DNA of 64,000 nt from Candidatus Pacearchaeota archaeon (GTDB taxonomy: Archaea > Nanobdellota > Nanobdellia > UBA10117 > JAFCGI01): contig JAFCGI010000001.1 in the NCBI GenBank assembly GCA_017608235.1, positions 1,423 to 65,422 of the forward strand. The letters run 5' to 3'. The notes under the pieces are model-generated. The model was not told where the DNA came from. It ran no database searches and was given only the letters and a program-made list of their open reading frames with translations. Numbering within the stretch: position 1 is the stretch's first letter; each line of letters starts with the position of its first letter. The position numbers and the translations under genes were made by a program. Positions 59,191 to 64,000 of the stretch are shown in pieces.

Positions 59191-60569
59191 CAGTATATAT
59201 AACATCTTATAATTATGGAAATTATTTAGATAAAGCAATAAAGAGTGTTCTTGATCAAACTTACCAGGATTTTGAATTATTGATTTTTGATGATGGATCT
59301 ACTGATAATACTAAAGAGATCCTAAAGAAATATGAGGATCATTCAAAGATTAAAATTATCTATCAAGAAAACAAAGGTATGCCTAAGACGTGTAATAGAG
59401 CTTTACAAATGTCTAATGGTGAATATATTATACGTTTAGATGCAGATGATTATTTTGATGAAAATATATTGTTAGTTCTTTCTAATGTTTTAGATATAAG
59501 ATCTAATGTATCTTTAGTATATCCAGATTATTATGAGATTGATTCTAGTGGAAATGTTATTGGATTAGTTAGAAGAAAAAAAATTGTTGAAGAAGCTAAT
59601 TTATTAGATCTTCCAGCACATGGTGCTGGTACTATGATTAGGAAAGACTGTTTAAAAGATCTAGGAGGATATAATGAGACTATTAGTTGCCAAGATGGTT
59701 ATGATTTATGGGTAAGATTTATTCAAAAATATAAGCCAGAGAATGTTAATCTGCCTTTGTTTTATTATAGAAAGCATTCTGATAGTTTAACAACAAATTC
59801 TAAAAAAATATTAGAAACAAGGAAAGATATTAAGAATAAATTTGTTGAAGATAATGGTGTAAAGAAGAAGACATGTATAATTATACCTATTAGAAGAAAA
59901 TCTGTAATATGTGAAAATCTTCCATTAAAGATTATTAATGGTAAGCGGCTAATGGAGTATGCTATTGATGAGGCTGTTAAGACTAGTGTGGATAAAGTTG
60001 TTGTGACTACAGAAGATGAAGTAATATCAGAAATTGCTAAATCTAAGGATATTAATGTAATTATGAGGCCTAAGGAGTTAGGAGAGTTTAATATTCCTAT
60101 AGAACCAACAATTTTATTTGTTTTAGAGCATCTTTCTAAGAAAGAACAGTTTGTTCCAGATATTGTAGGGGTTTTTTATATTACTTCTCCATTAATTAAG
60201 AGTAAACACCTTAGAGAGGCTATTAATACATTGATCATTTATGATGCTGATAGCGTGATTAGCGTTAAGGAAAATGCAAGGTTGCATTATATACATGATA
60301 AATTTGGATTAAAACCATTATTTAACAAGAGAGCTTTAAAACAAGAAAGAGATTTTTTATATGAAGAGAGTGGAGGATTTGTATTTTCCAAAAAAGATAT
60401 AATAAATAAAGAAAATATGGTTGGTAAAAGTATTAGCCATGTTATTTTGACTGATGAAGAAGGTATAGATATTGAAGATAAATTCACTTACTGGCTTGTT
60501 GAACAAATATTAAAAAATAGATCTGTGATTGAAAAAATGAATAATCAAAAAATAGCTAGAGGTTACTAG
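59178..60569 (+). CDS. Fusion protein: GT2 family glycosyltransferase fused to a PF02348 acylneuraminate-type cytidylyltransferase
   Basis: The N-terminal GT2 region has ITSYNYGNYLDKAIKSVLDQTY, FDDGSTD, and a DxD motif (RLDADD). The C-terminal cytidylyltransferase region reads CIIIPIRRKS...LPLKIINGKRLMEYAID. Confidence 0.7.
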   Translation: MVKITVYITSYNYGNYLDKAIKSVLDQTYQDFELLIFDDGSTDNTKEILKKYEDHSKIKIIYQENKGMPKTCNRALQMSNGEYIIRLDADDYFDENILLVLSNVLDIRSNVSLVYPDYYEIDSSGNVIGLVRRKKIVEEANLLDLPAHGAGTMIRKDCLKDLGGYNETISCQDGYDLWVRFIQKYKPENVNLPLFYYRKHSDSLTTNSKKILETRKDIKNKFVEDNGVKKKTCIIIPIRRKSVICENLPLKIINGKRLMEYAIDEAVKTSVDKVVVTTEDEVISEIAKSKDINVIMRPKELGEFNIPIEPTILFVLEHLSKKEQFVPDIVGVFYITSPLIKSKHLREAINTLIIYDADSVISVKENARLHYIHDKFGLKPLFNKRALKQERDFLYEESGGFVFSKKDIINKENMVGKSISHVILTDEEGIDIEDKFTYWLVEQILKNRSVIEKMNNQKIARGY

Positions 60570-60570
60570 T

Positions 60571-61590
60571 ATGATTCAAGATTATATAGAGAGAGATGGA
60601 GCATTTATTATTGCAGAAATAGGTGGAAATCATGAAGGAGATTTTGAGTATGCTAAAAAATTACTTTTAGATGTTGCTAAATCTGGTGCGCATGCTGTTA
60701 AATTTCAAATATATACTGGAGATAAGATTGTTAGTAAGGTAGAGAATCCTGGTAGGAATGAGCACTTTAAGAAATTTGAATTATCTGATGAACAGTTTAT
60801 TGAGCTAGCTAGACTGGCCAAAGAGAATAATATTTTATTTATGGCCTCTTTTTGGGATATTGATGCAATTGAGAGATTTGATCCATATATAGAAATTAAT
60901 AAGATTGGATCTGGAGATTTAACAAATTATCTTATATTGGAGATTCTTGCGAAGAAGAATAAACCACTTATTTTATCTACAGCTATGTCAACAATTGAAG
61001 AGATTAAGGATGCTATTGAATTTATTAATAAATCAAATCCAGTGTTGGTTAAAGAAAATAAGCTTTTTTTAATGCATTGTGTTGCTATGTATGGAGATCC
61101 TAAAGGAGAGTATGCTAATCTTTTATCTATTAAAAAACTACAAGATGAATTTCCAAATATTATGATTGGTTATTCAGATCATACTAAAGGAATTTATGCT
61201 TGTGAGTTAGCTATTGCTATGGGAGCAAGAATTATTGAAAAGCATTTTACAGATAATAAATCCAGAGAATTTAGGGATCATCATGTTTCTGCAGATTTAG
61301 AAGATATGAAATTGTTAATTGAAAAAGCTAAACAAGTGAATGTTTTACTTGGTAAATATGAGAAGGAGCCTATAAGCGCTGTGGAAACAGTTGAAAGAAT
61401 AAAGGAATTTAGGAAGGCAGTTTATCTAAAAAAAGATGTGCCTGCTGGTACGATTTTAACTGAGGATATTTTAATTACATTAAGGCCTAATAAAGGCATA
61501 GATGCTCGAAAGTTTTATGAAGTTGTAGGTAAAAAACTGAATAAAAACAAGAGTGCTTTTGAAGCTATTTATAAGAGTGATTTAGAATGA
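60571..61590 (+). CDS. NeuB-family nonulosonic acid synthase (N-acetylneuraminate/pseudaminate/legionaminate synthase), paralog 2
   Basis: It has FIIAEIGGNHEGDFEYAKKLLLDVAKSGAHAVKFQ and a C-terminal SAF domain (KDVPAGTILTEDIL). Confidence 0.85.
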   Translation: MIQDYIERDGAFIIAEIGGNHEGDFEYAKKLLLDVAKSGAHAVKFQIYTGDKIVSKVENPGRNEHFKKFELSDEQFIELARLAKENNILFMASFWDIDAIERFDPYIEINKIGSGDLTNYLILEILAKKNKPLILSTAMSTIEEIKDAIEFINKSNPVLVKENKLFLMHCVAMYGDPKGEYANLLSIKKLQDEFPNIMIGYSDHTKGIYACELAIAMGARIIEKHFTDNKSREFRDHHVSADLEDMKLLIEKAKQVNVLLGKYEKEPISAVETVERIKEFRKAVYLKKDVPAGTILTEDILITLRPNKGIDARKFYEVVGKKLNKNKSAFEAIYKSDLE

Positions 61591-61895
61591 AATCAATTAA
61601 ACTACATCTTGGCTGTGATTTATATTATAAAGCTATAGAGATAGGCAAGCTTAGTGGACCAGAGGATTTTTTTAATAAATTTAAAAATTCTGATCTTATT
61701 TTAGTTAATTTTATGAATATGTCTGACGAAGATGCATATAAGTTGTTATTAGAGGCTAATACAGAATTGATACTAGATCATTATAAAAATACTAATGGTA
61801 ATATAGAAGAGGCAAATAGATTGATACAACAATTTGCTGATCTTTATTCAGGAAAAATAATTAATTTTAGAGGATCTAGACATTATGATAAATAA
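61587..61895 (+). CDS. Hypothetical protein (102 aa) within the nonulosonic acid cluster
   Basis: It is an ORF with start and stop overlaps to its neighbours, which suggests it is co-transcribed. I saw no motifs. Confidence 0.3.
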   Translation: MKSIKLHLGCDLYYKAIEIGKLSGPEDFFNKFKNSDLILVNFMNMSDEDAYKLLLEANTELILDHYKNTNGNIEEANRLIQQFADLYSGKIINFRGSRHYDK

Positions 61896-62598
61896 GAATA
61901 ATTCCAAAATTATTGCGGTAGTTCCTGCTCGTGGAGGTAGTAAGGGAATTCCTAGAAAAAATATTAAATTATTAAAAGGCAAGCCGCTAATAACATATAC
62001 AATAGAAGCAGCAAAAAAGTCAAAATTAATTGATCGTATTATTGTTTCTACAGATGATGTAGAAATTGCAAATATTGCGAAAGAGTGTGGAGCAGAGATA
62101 CCTTTTCTTCGTCCAGAAGAATTAGCAAAAGATGATATAACTGATTTACCAGTATTGCAGCATGTTCTTAAATGGTTGATAGTTAATGAAGATTGCAATC
62201 CAGATTTAATGATATACCTTAGACCTACTGCACCCATTCGAGATCCAGAAGATATTGATAGGGCTGTTAAATTACTGATGGATAGTTCTGCAGATTCTTT
62301 AAGAAGTGTTAGTCTTGTTAAAGAACATCCATATTGGATGTTTAAGCTAGATGAGAACAATGTACTTGAGGCATTTAATAAAGACAATTCGATTAGAGAA
62401 TATCCTAGAAGGCAGCTTTTGCCAGACTTATATATAATAAATGGTAATATAGATATAGTAAGATCTAGGAATATAACTGATAATAAACTTTATGGTAAAA
62501 AAGTAATTGGTTTTAATATAGACCATGAAAAAGCTATTGATATAGATTCTCTTTTAGATTTTAAACTAGCGGAGTTTATATTAGGTAAAAATGATTAA
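61885..62598 (+). CDS. neuA: Acylneuraminate cytidylyltransferase (CMP-nonulosonic acid synthetase, NeuA-type)
   Basis: It has IIAVVPARGGSKGIPRKNIKLLKGKPLI and the other PF02348 motifs. Confidence 0.85.
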   Translation: MINKNNSKIIAVVPARGGSKGIPRKNIKLLKGKPLITYTIEAAKKSKLIDRIIVSTDDVEIANIAKECGAEIPFLRPEELAKDDITDLPVLQHVLKWLIVNEDCNPDLMIYLRPTAPIRDPEDIDRAVKLLMDSSADSLRSVSLVKEHPYWMFKLDENNVLEAFNKDNSIREYPRRQLLPDLYIINGNIDIVRSRNITDNKLYGKKVIGFNIDHEKAIDIDSLLDFKLAEFILGKND

Positions 62599-63643
62599 AA
62601 TTTCAGATAAATTTGTAGGTAAAGGACAACCTTGTTTTATTATAGCTGAAGCAGGAGTTAACCATAATGGGGATATAGAATTAGCTAAAAAACTAATTTT
62701 AGAGGCTGCTAGATCTGGTGCAGATGCTATAAAATTTCAGACTTTTTCTACAGATAATTTGATTGTTAGAGATGCGCCTAAGGCACAATATCAGAAGCAA
62801 ACAACATTGACTGAAGAATCCCAGTATGAAATGTTAAAAAAATTGGAATTAAATAAAGGACAATATAAAGAGCTTGTTGATTATGCTAATCACAATAAAA
62901 TAATCTTTCTCTCAACACCATATGATGAAGATAGTGTGGATCTTTTATATAGCTTAAATGTGCCAGCTTATAAAATTGCTTCTTGCGATTTAACTAATAT
63001 TCCTTTAATAGATCATATTGCTGATAAGAATAAACCTATTATTATTTCAACTGGTATGGCAACAATGGATGAAGTTGAAACTGCAGTATTACATATTAAA
63101 AAATATCATGATCATATTGTTTTATTACATTGTACTACCGAATATCCTACAAAATTAAAAGATGTTAATCTTCAGGCAATGATTGCTTTAAGAGAAAAGT
63201 TTGACTTACCTATAGGTTACTCAGATCATACAGATAGTTTTTTAGTTTCTTTAGCTGCAGTTTCATTAGGCGCGAATATTATTGAGAAACATTTTACGCT
63301 CGATAAATCTCTTTGGGGTCCAGACCATACGGCATCTGCAGATGTTGCAGAACTAGCAGCTTTAGTAAAATCAATACGGGATGTAGAATTATCTTTAGGA
63401 TCTTTTGATAAAAAGCCTACTAAAATTGAGTTAAAAAATAAAAAAGTTATGAGAAGAAGTATTTGTGCAAATAGAGATATTAAAGAAGGCGAGATTATTA
63501 GTAAGGATATGATATCTATTAAAAGACCAGGCATTGGATTAGAACCGAAGCATATCGCAGCGATTATAGGTAAAAAAATAAATAAAGATATAGCTAAAGA
63601 TAATTTTTTAACTAAAGATTATTTTAGGGAGAGAGAATTATGA
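62591..63643 (+). CDS. NeuB-family nonulosonic acid synthase, paralog 3
   Basis: It has FIIAEAGVNHNGDIELAKKLILEAARSGADAIKFQ and a SAF domain (RDIKEGEIISKDMISIKRPG). Confidence 0.85.
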   Translation: MIKISDKFVGKGQPCFIIAEAGVNHNGDIELAKKLILEAARSGADAIKFQTFSTDNLIVRDAPKAQYQKQTTLTEESQYEMLKKLELNKGQYKELVDYANHNKIIFLSTPYDEDSVDLLYSLNVPAYKIASCDLTNIPLIDHIADKNKPIIISTGMATMDEVETAVLHIKKYHDHIVLLHCTTEYPTKLKDVNLQAMIALREKFDLPIGYSDHTDSFLVSLAAVSLGANIIEKHFTLDKSLWGPDHTASADVAELAALVKSIRDVELSLGSFDKKPTKIELKNKKVMRRSICANRDIKEGEIISKDMISIKRPGIGLEPKHIAAIIGKKINKDIAKDNFLTKDYFREREL

Positions 63644-64000
63644 ATATTATTTTAATTGGTGCGGGCGGACAAGCACGTGTAATAATAGATATTTTACAAT
63701 ATGATAAAAACAATAAATTGGTTGGAATTATAGATAAGCAATTTTCTGAAGGTGAAATGATTAATAATGTACCTATATTAGGAACTTTTTCAGATTTACC
63801 TAAAGTTATTGAAGAATATGCAGTTACTGGAGCTATAATTGGGGTGGGAGATAATAGGCTTAGAGCAGAATATTATAATTTGCTTAAGAGTAAAGGATTA
63901 GAAATGATAAATGCTGTTCATCCTAGTGTAAGTATAGCAAATAATGTAGTATTAGGGGATGGTAATGTTATTTGTAGAAAAGCGGTTATATGCACAAATG
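63640..64000 (+). CDS. NeuD/PglD-like sugar O/N-acetyltransferase (hexapeptide-repeat). Partial: it continues beyond the window end.
   Basis: The N-terminal Rossmann-like region IILIGAGGQARVIIDIL is typical of the NeuD/PglD family. No stop falls within the window. Confidence 0.65.
   Translation, partial: MNIILIGAGGQARVIIDILQYDKNNKLVGIIDKQFSEGEMINNVPILGTFSDLPKVIEEYAVTGAIIGVGDNRLRAEYYNLLKSKGLEMINAVHPSVSIANNVVLGDGNVICRKAVICTN

Overview
This is a gene-dense, very AT-rich archaeal chromosomal segment. The replication and repair gene set (Orc1/Cdc6, PolD DP1 and DP2, PolB, Hef, RadB, LonB, Cdc48) and the AT-richness suggest a small-genome, possibly DPANN-like, archaeon, but that placement is a guess. 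I found no tRNA or rRNA genes (no GC-rich islands) and no CRISPR array. The main things in the window, in order: (1) A redox and dNTP block: thioredoxin reductase interrupted by a 395-aa LAGLIDADG intein inside its CxxC active site, a Glu/Leu dehydrogenase, a ferredoxin, a DUF1858 redox protein, NrdG, and two NrdD paralogs. (2) An iscS-iscU sulfur module preceded by a Cys-rich HTH regulator, with TtuA and a membrane thioredoxin-like protein next to it. (3) Housekeeping and information-processing genes: a histone-fold protein, PolB, MetAP, Cdc48, RadB, pyrC preceded by a pyrF remnant, topoisomerase IA, a paired metallophosphoesterase locus, serS, an RHH protein with Hsp20, an ABC-2 exporter, LonB, and Hef split into separate helicase and nuclease genes. 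(4) A probable replication origin at 37727..38104 carrying an ORB-like element, directly upstream of orc1/cdc6, dp1 and dp2, which is the arrangement known from Pyrococcus. (5) An accessory patch at about 44.3 to 51.5 kb: a solo Cas4-like nuclease preceded by a 55-bp tandem duplication of its own start region, Prs, a DUF4143 AAA ATPase, and an HTH-MNT/HEPN toxin-antitoxin cassette flanked by a roughly 155-bp direct duplication of the 3' end of the neighbouring membrane-protein gene, with a duplicated 14-bp palindrome over its start codon. (6) A thymidylate cluster: Tmk, two P-loop kinases, dCMP deaminase, and an unusual 548-aa protein made of two tandem ThyX-fold domains whose RHR/SxRY motifs are both degenerate. 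(7) A nonulosonic-acid (sialic, pseudaminic or legionaminic type) gene cluster with three NeuB-family synthases and three PF02348 cytidylyltransferase domains, one fused to NeuB and one to a GT2 glycosyltransferase, plus GalU-like and NeuD-like genes. This cluster runs off the window end.
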